Source: an uncultured Syntrophaceae bacterium
Lineage (GTDB): Bacteria > Desulfobacterota > Syntrophia > Syntrophales > UBA5619
DNA length: 64,000 nucleotides
Direction: 5' to 3'
Assembly (NCBI GenBank): GCA_964637025.1
Contig: CAZWTL010000007.1
Span: forward strand, 5,112 to 69,111
Below are positions 56,924 to 64,000 of this stretch, piece after piece. Made by a program: the position numbers and the translations under genes. A model generated the notes under the pieces. The model did not search any database, was not told the origin of the DNA, and saw only the letters and a program-made list of their open reading frames with translations. Within the stretch, counting starts at the first letter, position 1, and every line of letters begins with the position of its first letter.

Positions 56924-58306
56924 ATGACCTCCACCGACACCATCGCAGCCATCGCAACCCCTCCCGGCATGGGAGGCGTGGGCCTGATCCGCATCAGCGG
57001 ACCGGCGGCGGCGGCGATCGCGCGCCGTCTTTTCCGGCCGTTGCCCCCTTCCGGCTTCCGTTCCCATCACCTCTATCACGGAGAGATCTTTACGCCCGGG
57101 ACGGGCGTCGTTCTGGACGAGGTTCTGGTCGCCTTTCTGAAGGGGCCCCATTCCTACACCGGGGAAGATACCCTCGAAATCAACTGCCACGGGGGGTGCC
57201 TGATTCTCAGAAGTGTGATGGAAGAGGTGTTGCGGGCCGGGGCGCGTCCGGCTGAACGGGGCGAGTTTACGCGGCGTTCATTTCTGAACGGCCGTCTCGA
57301 TCTGGCGCAGGCCGAGGCCGTTCTGGATATGATCACCGCACAGACGCGGCCGGGACTGCAAGCCGCCGTGGATCGCCTGCAGGGCGGTCTCTCAGGGCTG
57401 ATGGAGTCGTTACGCGGCGAAATTGCGGAACTCCTTGCATCCATCGAGGCCCAAATCGATTTCTCTGTAGAGGATGGGTTGCCAGACATCGCCGGCGACG
57501 CCCTGAACCGCACCCAGGGCATCATCGACCGGATTTCCGCACTGGCCTCGACCTACCCTCGGGGACGGATTTACCGCCAGGGAGTGGGCGTCGTGATCGC
57601 GGGCCGTCCGAACGTCGGCAAATCCTCCCTGCTGAACCGCCTTCTCGGCGAGAAACGGGCCATTGTCAGTCCGATTCCCGGTACGACGCGGGACTTCATC
57701 GAGGAGGCCGTGGAACTGGGGGGCATCCCGGTTCGCCTGACCGACACCGCCGGGCTCAGGGCGCCCGAAAATGCCCTTGAAAAGGCGGGGATCGATCTGG
57801 TCTGGGAAAGGGTGGAGACGGCGGACATCGTTCTCGTTCTTTTCGACGGGAGTGCGGGGCTTTCCGCGGAGGACATCGACCTCGTAGCCAGGGTCAAGGA
57901 GAAGCCGATGATCCCGGTGATCAACAAATCGGACCTTCCACCGCTTCTGCCGGAGGAATCGCTGAGGCAAATCCTTCCCCTTGGGGCACCGAATCCGGTC
58001 CGTATCTCGGCGAAATATGGAGGCGGGATGGAGTGTCTCACAGCCGCGCTGCGCGAACTCGCGCTTGAAACGCCGGCCGAGGAATCGGGCGAGGGGATGA
58101 TCGCGCATCTCCATCACAAAACAGCCCTCGAGAAGGCGGCGGCGGGCCTTGACCGCGCGAAACAGGGCCTGTCGGGCGGCCTTCCCGCGGAACTGGTCGC
58201 GCTGGAGATTCGCGAGACCCTTGACGCGCTGGGCGAAATTACCGGAAGGACAACCCCCGAGGAGGTTCTCGACCTGATCTTTTCAAGGTTCTGCGTCGGA
58301 AAGTAG
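56924..58306 (+). CDS. mnmE: tRNA modification GTPase MnmE
   Basis: Trimmed to the ATG at 56924 (MTSTDTIAAIATPPG). G-domain GRPNVGKSSLLN and DTAG, with the C-terminal FCVGK motif. Confidence 0.93.
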   Translation: MTSTDTIAAIATPPGMGGVGLIRISGPAAAAIARRLFRPLPPSGFRSHHLYHGEIFTPGTGVVLDEVLVAFLKGPHSYTGEDTLEINCHGGCLILRSVMEEVLRAGARPAERGEFTRRSFLNGRLDLAQAEAVLDMITAQTRPGLQAAVDRLQGGLSGLMESLRGEIAELLASIEAQIDFSVEDGLPDIAGDALNRTQGIIDRISALASTYPRGRIYRQGVGVVIAGRPNVGKSSLLNRLLGEKRAIVSPIPGTTRDFIEEAVELGGIPVRLTDTAGLRAPENALEKAGIDLVWERVETADIVLVLFDGSAGLSAEDIDLVARVKEKPMIPVINKSDLPPLLPEESLRQILPLGAPNPVRISAKYGGGMECLTAALRELALETPAEESGEGMIAHLHHKTALEKAAAGLDRAKQGLSGGLPAELVALEIRETLDALGEITGRTTPEEVLDLIFSRFCVGK

Positions 58307-58404
58307 GATGCGGTCCCTGCTCGATTGAGGTTTGCCGCAACGCGCTTCGGAAATCCTGAACCCGGGGCGGATCATCTGTTCGCGAAGGACGGCCGCATGG
58401 AGCT

Positions 58405-59157
58405 TCAGGGGACGGCTTCTTCCAACCCTTCCAGAAAGGCCATCACATTGGCCCCAAGAACACGGTGGTTGTAGCCCCCTTCCAGCAGGCCGAAGCAGCC
58501 GCCTCCGTTTTTGCGTGCGGCCTCGCGGACCATCCTTCCCATCTCCCGGTAATCCCCGGTCGTCAGGAGTCCACCCCAGTCCTGAAGGTGGTGGTCGAAT
58601 CCGGCGGAAACTCCGATGATGTCGGCCTCATGAGCAAGAAGAAAGTTGCGGACCTCTCTCAGATAAGCGTTGCGGTCCGTCGAGGCCGGATTCAGGATTT
58701 TGGCGTATTGAAGTCCTTCCAGGATATGGACCGTACCATCCCCGAAATGGAGATCGAAATCAAGGATCATGGCGGATCCGATTTTGTCCCGGTGCCGGAG
58801 CGCCTCCATCGCGATGGCCATGTTGTTGAAGTAACAGAAGCCCCAGGAACTTGCCGCCGAGGCGTGGTGACCGGGAGGACGGACCAGACCGAAGCAGGGT
58901 TCGGTCAGTCCGATGGTGGCGGCCTGGATGGATGCGCCTGCAGCAAGGGATGCAACGTCGAACAGCCCCTCTCTCCGGACCCGCTCCACATGCGATCGGG
59001 AGTGGACGGCGGCAATGTCCTCTTCCGTTGCCGGTATCGCCCGGACCCAGGTCACGCGATCGTGGATGGCCCGTTCTACGGCCTCCATCCGTCCGCTTTC
59101 AGCCGCCGGATCCGACGTATAGGGGATGCGGAAATCCTCGTGAAACACGACTTTCAT
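58405..59157 (-). CDS. histone deacetylase-family (Zn-dependent) deacetylase
   Basis: 250 aa. RPPGHHA and DFDLHFGDG metal/catalytic motifs. Confidence 0.85.
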   Translation of the reverse strand: MKVVFHEDFRIPYTSDPAAESGRMEAVERAIHDRVTWVRAIPATEEDIAAVHSRSHVERVRREGLFDVASLAAGASIQAATIGLTEPCFGLVRPPGHHASAASSWGFCYFNNMAIAMEALRHRDKIGSAMILDFDLHFGDGTVHILEGLQYAKILNPASTDRNAYLREVRNFLLAHEADIIGVSAGFDHHLQDWGGLLTTGDYREMGRMVREAARKNGGGCFGLLEGGYNHRVLGANVMAFLEGLEEAVP

Positions 59158-59615
59158 GACGCGACTTCTCCTCCCGCGACGGATGTGGGGTCAAGGAAGG
59201 CGATCTGTCGAAGCAGTTTCAGGGTGGTTTTCGTGACGTTGAGCGTCCGGATCTCATCGGGTGAAACCCATCGGGCTTCGAGGGCGTCGTCGGCCGCCTT
59301 CAATTCGCCGCCCGCGTATTCTGCTGCCATATCGACGATGACGTAGTGGAAGCGGAGGCGTCCTTCCAAGTCCCTGTCGAGGGAGTCGCAGACAAAAAGA
59401 GGTGCACCGGCGTGGATCACGATTCCCGTCTCTTCCCGGATCTCCCGTTCCGCCCCCTGCTGAAGGGTTTCCCCAAGCCTGAGTCCGCCTCCCGGAATCG
59501 ACCAGAGCCCTCGGGCCGGAGCCGCGCCCCTGCGGACGAGCAGGATACGGCCGTCCCGGAGGACAACGGCGCCAACGCCGACCCGTGGATGGTCCGGATA
59601 TTCCCGATTCGACAT
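59154..59615 (-). CDS. NUDIX hydrolase
   Basis: 153 aa. Nudix box GGGLRLGETLQQGAEREIREETG. 4-nt overlap with the HDAC-family gene start. Confidence 0.85.
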   Translation of the reverse strand: MSNREYPDHPRVGVGAVVLRDGRILLVRRGAAPARGLWSIPGGGLRLGETLQQGAEREIREETGIVIHAGAPLFVCDSLDRDLEGRLRFHYVIVDMAAEYAGGELKAADDALEARWVSPDEIRTLNVTKTTLKLLRQIAFLDPTSVAGGEVAS

Positions 59616-59630
59616 AACCGAAATCCTCCC

Positions 59631-60401
59631 TTAGGTTCCCCTGATTCGAAAAACGAAATGGTCGGTTGTTCGGGGCTGACGGGAGCCGTTAAATTCCCGT
59701 TGCTCAAAGGTCGCCCACCCGTGACGATCGACGAAAAGAACCGTCGAGGAACGGGTCCCGTAAACGGGGCTCTCGATGAATAACGGGGAGAGGATTCTTT
59801 CCCATTCGAGTCCCACACCCGTTTCGGGCAGGGAGGCGTCGGGCGGTCGGTTCCGATCGGCCAGAAGCTCGAAAAACGGCTCCGGCGACAGCTCCCTCTT
59901 TCGGTCCAGAAGATCTCGAAAGGCCGCTTTCCCGCGCTTAACCTTTGGCCACGGGGTGTCGAGAAGGCCGTTGCTCACCCCGTAGACGCCGGGCTCCAGA
60001 AGCCGTCGGTCCCCCCGATTCGAAAAATAGAACAAATCCGAGCTGTCGCCGACGAACAGGTTGAAACCGTTGAAACGATCGGCATCCTGCTGAATTCGGT
60101 CGAGATAATCCTGCGGCCCCTCCCGGCCCAGGAGATAGCCGCTGACCAGTGCCCCCCTCGAGGGGGCTTGAGGCTTCAGGGATGCCGGATCGCGGTAATT
60201 GGTGACGGCGGCGAACTTTCCGGATCGCGTGATTCCGAGCCAGGTTCCCCCTTCCCTGAGGTCCCGGCCGGCCAGCAGGTCCGGCGCCTCCTCCCAGAAA
60301 GAAGCGGGCGCCGATGATCTTTCGTAAAACTCGTCGCGGTTGGCCGCGAGCACGAGGGGAAAAAGTGCATGGCTTCTCCATGCGAAGAGAATCAGGCACA
60401 T
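59631..60401 (-). CDS. NRDE-family protein (DUF833/TANGO2-like)
   Basis: Real start at ATG 60401 (MCLILFAW...LAANRDEFYER). The upstream part of ORF 59631..60881 is an artefact. Confidence 0.8.
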   Translation of the reverse strand: MCLILFAWRSHALFPLVLAANRDEFYERSSAPASFWEEAPDLLAGRDLREGGTWLGITRSGKFAAVTNYRDPASLKPQAPSRGALVSGYLLGREGPQDYLDRIQQDADRFNGFNLFVGDSSDLFYFSNRGDRRLLEPGVYGVSNGLLDTPWPKVKRGKAAFRDLLDRKRELSPEPFFELLADRNRPPDASLPETGVGLEWERILSPLFIESPVYGTRSSTVLFVDRHGWATFEQREFNGSRQPRTTDHFVFRIRGT

Positions 60402-61186
60402 GGTCCGTTGAGCCTCTGTTTGACTTCGGCCAGGATCCGCCCCAGGACTTTGCCTGCGGAGGCGAGGATAACGACATCGGCAATCCTGTCCGCAGGCGTC
60501 GGGCTCAAATTGACGATGACGAGGCCGGCCCCGGCCTGTTTGGCATAAAGAGGCATGTAGGCCGCAGGGTAAACCACAAGCGATGAGCCGACAACCAAGA
60601 GCAGATCGCAGTTGCTCGCACGCCGGTTCGCCTCCAGAAGGGTCTCCTCCGGCAGGGCTTCGCCGAAGAAGATCACGTCCGGCTTCAGGATCCCGGAGCA
60701 GAAACCGCAGACGGGAGCCTCTTCGGGGTTCCCGTCGCCTCGAAGAAATCCCTCGACGCGGTAGCGTCTCCCGCATCCGAGACAGCGGATCCACTGCATG
60801 TTGCCGTGAAGTTCGAACACCTTTTCGGGGCTGTTCCCCGCCTTCTGGTGAAGGTTGTCGATATTCTGGGTGATCACGCAATTGAGCCGTCCCAGCCTTT
60901 CCAACTCTGCAATGGCTTCATGCGCCGCGTTGGGACAGGCGTTTAGAAAACGGTCGCCGGAGAGCAGGAAGCGCCATTGCTTGCGCCGGGTTTCCGGATT
61001 GTTCATGAATTTTTCGAGGGTAAAATCGTCCGGATCGAACTTTGTCCAGAAACCGCCGGGACTGCGGAAATCGGGGATACCGGATTCCGTGCTGACCCCC
61101 GCGCCCGTGAAGACGACGATGTCCTCCGCCTCCGTGATCATTTCCGCAACCCGGGCAATCCGGTTTTCCCCTTCCCGATCGATCAT
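60392..61186 (-). CDS. cobB: NAD-dependent protein deacylase (Sir2/CobB family)
   Basis: 264 aa. GAGVSTESGIPDFRSP, QNIDNLH, catalytic HGN, and the Zn ribbon CLGCG...CGFC. Overlaps the NRDE gene start by 10 nt. Confidence 0.88.
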   Translation of the reverse strand: MIDREGENRIARVAEMITEAEDIVVFTGAGVSTESGIPDFRSPGGFWTKFDPDDFTLEKFMNNPETRRKQWRFLLSGDRFLNACPNAAHEAIAELERLGRLNCVITQNIDNLHQKAGNSPEKVFELHGNMQWIRCLGCGRRYRVEGFLRGDGNPEEAPVCGFCSGILKPDVIFFGEALPEETLLEANRRASNCDLLLVVGSSLVVYPAAYMPLYAKQAGAGLVIVNLSPTPADRIADVVILASAGKVLGRILAEVKQRLNGPCA

Positions 61187-61396
61187 ATACGTGCCGCCGT
61201 CTCGGTGTGTCCATCAACGGGCCTGCTGACCGGTCGGATACGTTTCCCCGCACCTCCCTCCCGTGAACCGTTTTCACGGTACGACCGGAGCCCGAATGCG
61301 GGCACTATAGCCGAACTTCGGCGAAAAGACAAAATGAAAACCATTCCGCGCAAAGCCTGACTCTATGATGATCCTTTCATTCCGAATGGAAAAGTC

Positions 61397-61425
61397 TTGA
61401 AATCCATTATCTGCTGTTGTATTCT
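61397..61425 (+). promoter_or_regulatory. sigma-70-type promoter candidate for the cdaA fusion gene
   Basis: TTGAAA (61397-61402), a 17-nt spacer, then TATTCT (61420-61425). It lies about 105 nt upstream of the ATG at 61532. Confidence 0.45.
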
Positions 61426-61531
61426 TGCCACACCAGCGGCCATCTGTGAAGATGTCGTAAAATACGCTTTTTATTTCAAGCGTTTTCCGCGGCAGATTCC
61501 CCTTGGCCCAACGGGAGAAGGAGATGTTCCC

Positions 61532-62995
61532 ATGATCCAGAATGCCCTGACGATGCTCAACAACCTGAGGCTTCAGGACATTCTGGACATCGCCATCATC
61601 TCGGTCATGATCTCGGCGCTTCTGATCTGGTTCAAGGACAGGGCGTCCCGTTTTGTCTTTTTCGGCATTACGCTGCTAGGCGTCATCTACGTCCTTGCCC
61701 GTTTTTTCCAGCTCTACCTGACCGCCGTGGTCCTGCAGTCCTTCTTCGCCATTCTGCTCTTCGTGCTCGTCGTGATCTTTCAGGAGGATCTCCGGCGGTT
61801 CTTCGAGAGGCTGGCCCTTCTCGGGCGTTTCCGGAAACGGTTCTTCGATGTGGCAGCATTCACCGAAAGTGCGGAAATTCTGACCCAGACCGCGGCCGAT
61901 CTCGCCCGGAAGAAGATTGGTGCCCTGATCGTTCTCCAGGGACATGATCCCCTTGACCGACACCTTACGGGGGGAAGCCACCTTGACGGCATCCTGAGCC
62001 AGCCCCTATTGGAGAGCATCTTCGATCCCCATTCCATCGGGCACGATGGCGCTGTTCTCATCGACGGAAACCGGGTGATGCGCTTCGGGTGCCATCTTCC
62101 CCTTTCGGCAAATGCCGCCCAGCACGGAAGCATGGGGTTGCGTCATACGGCGGCCCTCGGCCTTTCCGAACGGTCGGACGCGATCTGTATCGTGGTCTCC
62201 GAGGAGCGCGGCAGCATTTCTCTCGCAAAGGGGGAGCGCCTCCAGGAAGTCGCAAACGCGTCGGCCCTTCGGATCGAATTGGAGGCTTTTTTCTCCCGGC
62301 GAGCGCCCGTTGGCAAAACAGGGCCTGTTGGCCGGTGGTTCAAGGAGAACCAGCGCGAGAAGGTAATCGCGGTCATGCTCGCCTGCATCCTCTGGTTTGC
62401 TTTCGGTTACCAGCGCGACACAGTCCGTAGGGATTTCACCGTGCCCATCGAATACAGGAATGCACCGGCGGAATGGATTCTGGAGGAACCCAAAGCCACG
62501 GAGGCAAAGATTATGCTCATGGGGCATGCCCAGGCCTTTCAGCTCCTCCACGCCGAGGATCTCAAGATCTCGTTAGACTTGGCTGAACTCCCCCCCGGCA
62601 AACAGGAGGTTACGCTCACGCCGGCCATGGTGAAGGCCCCTTCAAACATCGAAGTGACCGCCATCAGCCCCGAACGGATCACAATCGTCACATCCCGGTT
62701 GATTTCGATGACCGTCCCGATCGAGGTTCTGACTGAAAACAACCCGCCACAGGGGATCACAATCCAGCAGATTACCGCCACCCCTTCCGAGGCCAGAATC
62801 CTCATCCACCGAAAGCTCCGCGGCAAACGGATCCGGATACTGACGGAGCCGATCGATCTGTCGCAGCTGGATATTCAGAGGGCCTTCACGCCTTCCCTCC
62901 GTTATCCGCCGGACATCCAATTTGCGGGGGGGAAGCCGCCAATCGTCAGGGTCGTGGTCAAGACGCGGCAGGTGGAAGCGACTTCCCGGAGCTGA
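61532..62995 (+). CDS. cdaA: diadenylate cyclase CdaA fused to YbbR (CdaR-like) repeats
   Basis: Trimmed to the ATG at 61532 (GAAGGAGA upstream). Three N-terminal TM segments, a DAC domain (GALIVL, HDGAVLI, GLRHTAALG, VSEERGSIS), a further TM segment, then two YbbR-like beta-rich repeats. Confidence 0.85.
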   Translation: MIQNALTMLNNLRLQDILDIAIISVMISALLIWFKDRASRFVFFGITLLGVIYVLARFFQLYLTAVVLQSFFAILLFVLVVIFQEDLRRFFERLALLGRFRKRFFDVAAFTESAEILTQTAADLARKKIGALIVLQGHDPLDRHLTGGSHLDGILSQPLLESIFDPHSIGHDGAVLIDGNRVMRFGCHLPLSANAAQHGSMGLRHTAALGLSERSDAICIVVSEERGSISLAKGERLQEVANASALRIELEAFFSRRAPVGKTGPVGRWFKENQREKVIAVMLACILWFAFGYQRDTVRRDFTVPIEYRNAPAEWILEEPKATEAKIMLMGHAQAFQLLHAEDLKISLDLAELPPGKQEVTLTPAMVKAPSNIEVTAISPERITIVTSRLISMTVPIEVLTENNPPQGITIQQITATPSEARILIHRKLRGKRIRILTEPIDLSQLDIQRAFTPSLRYPPDIQFAGGKPPIVRVVVKTRQVEATSRS

Positions 62996-63034
62996 TGTTC
63001 GAGAGCCCGGGAAAAAGGTCTTGTATCCGCGCCT

Positions 63035-64000
63035 TCAGCGAAACGCCTCTTTCCGGAGGCCGTGCTTCCGCATGAGTTTGTGGATCTGGCGGACTGTAAC
63101 GCCGGCTGCCTCCGCCGTGCGGTTGATTCTCCCGCTGTTTCGGGCGAGGATTTCCCGGAGATAGTTCTTCTCCGCCTCTTCGACGACCCGGGCGCGGGCT
63201 TCCGCCAGCGTGAGACCGACATTGATGGACAGCGGGGCCAAGGCAGGGACTCCGGTGAAGAGTTCCGCCGGAAAACTGGAAGGGGTCAGAACCGATGAGG
63301 TCTCCAGGATGTAGGCCCGCTCCACGAGATTTTCGAGCTCGCGGATATTTCCGGGCCAGTGGTAGCGCTGAAAGGCCTCCATCACCCGGGGGTGAACATA
63401 GTGGATGCCCCGGTGGTTGAAACGGTTCATCCGCCGAAGGAAGATCTCCGTGAGTTGGGGAATATCCTCCCGACGCTCCCGAAGCGGCGGGATATCGATC
63501 GGAAAGACGTTCAGACGATAATAGAGATCGTTCCGGAACAGCCCCTTTTCCACCATCTGCCCGAGATCCATGTTGGACGCGGCGATGATGCGGGTGTCCG
63601 TTTCGATAACGGATTCCCCGCCCACCCTCTGAAAAGTCCGTTCCTGAAGGACTTGAAGAAGCCTGATCTGTGCGGCGGGCGTGATGGTGCCGATTTCGTC
63701 GAGAAAGATCGTTCCGCCGTGGGCCAACTCGAATTTGCCCAGCTTCCGCCGGACGGCGCCGGTGAAGGCGCCCTTCTCATGGCCGAAAAGCTCGCTTTCC
63801 AAGAGGGTGTCGGGGATGGCGCCGCAATGCACGCCGATGAACTGCATCCCCCCGCGATTGCTGTGACGGTGGATCAGTTTGGCCAGCACCCCCTTGCCCG
63901 TTCCCGTTTCTCCGGCCAGCAGAACCGTGCTTTTGGTGGGCGCCACGAGGCGTATCTGGTCGAAAACCGCCTTCATGTCGGGATTCCGGGTCTGGACGAC
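63035..64000 (-). CDS. sigma-54-dependent transcriptional regulator (AAA+ and Fis HTH), 5'-truncated by window end
   Basis: Walker [15 protein letters not shown] and a C-terminal HTH ([24 protein letters not shown]). The reading frame stays open to position 64000. Confidence 0.85.
   Translation of the reverse strand, partial: VVQTRNPDMKAVFDQIRLVAPTKSTVLLAGETGTGKGVLAKLIHRHSNRGGMQFIGVHCGAIPDTLLESELFGHEKGAFTGAVRRKLGKFELAHGGTIFLDEIGTITPAAQIRLLQVLQERTFQRVGGESVIETDTRIIAASNMDLGQMVEKGLFRNDLYYRLNVFPIDIPPLRERREDIPQLTEIFLRRMNRFNHRGIHYVHPRVMEAFQRYHWPGNIRELENLVERAYILETSSVLTPSSFPAELFTGVPALAPLSINVGLTLAEARARVVEEAEKNYLREILARNSGRINRTAEAAGVTVRQIHKLMRKHGLRKEAFR

Noticed and set aside
60392-61186. The Sir2-domain protein as a phage-defence effector (Thoeris, DSR or SIR2-HerA type).
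   Set aside because: It has the compact CobB architecture with an intact Zn ribbon and catalytic His. It has no fused sensor or effector domains and no ThsB/HerA-type partner. Its neighbours point to deacylation metabolism.
1-64000. A search for CRISPR arrays, tRNA/rRNA genes, transposases, integrases or prophage genes.
   Set aside because: I saw no regularly spaced repeats, no T-psi-C-like GGTTCGAATCC boxes, and no ORFs with DDE, tyrosine or serine recombinase signatures. A manual scan cannot exclude small or degenerate elements.

Overview
GC-rich chromosomal window with no rRNA, tRNA, CRISPR array or transposase visible. Gene content suggests an anaerobic Deltaproteobacteria/Desulfobacterota-type genome; this is inference from a class III RNR, tungstate tupABC, TAXI-TRAP and TTT transport, three sigma-54 enhancer-binding proteins and large PAS/GAF/HD-GYP signalling. 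I support about 55 protein genes. Left to right: a tightly coupled FAS-II-like operon (ACAD, KASIII, FabA, FabG, FabZ-like) divergent from an HK/NtrC pair; a SAMHD1-like HD protein coupled to nrdD; gmhA-grpE-dnaK; PLD-like lipoprotein, surE, glcG-like and flavin reductase genes; MFS and UspA; tupABC; fadD, an XRE-cupin regulator and an ACAD; a 1430-aa REC-PAS-GAF-HD-GYP protein; rarA; a second HK/NtrC pair; Fe-ADH and an orphan TctC; a TAXI-TRAP/BKACE/aminotransferase/RpiR island; a B12-radical SAM gene; rpmH-rnpA-yidD-yidC-jag-mnmE; a sirtuin-NRDE-Nudix-HDAC operon; a CdaA-YbbR fusion; and a truncated third sigma-54 EBP. The main hunt results come from reading intergenic DNA. (1) A near-consensus sigma-54 promoter and a strand-specific intrinsic terminator bracket about 120 nt with no ORF, divergent from the second HK/NtrC operon. 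This is a candidate sigma-54-dependent sRNA with a CU-rich anti-SD stretch. (2) A second sigma-54 promoter plus an upstream palindrome ties the first HK/NtrC pair to the atypical lipid operon. (3) The sirtuin-NRDE(TANGO2-like)-Nudix-HDAC genes are translationally coupled. (4) An 18-bp palindromic operator array overlaps the fadD promoter. All promoter, sRNA and regulatory calls are sequence-pattern inferences and need transcript data. Many long alternate-frame or antisense ORFs in the track are GC-driven artefacts.
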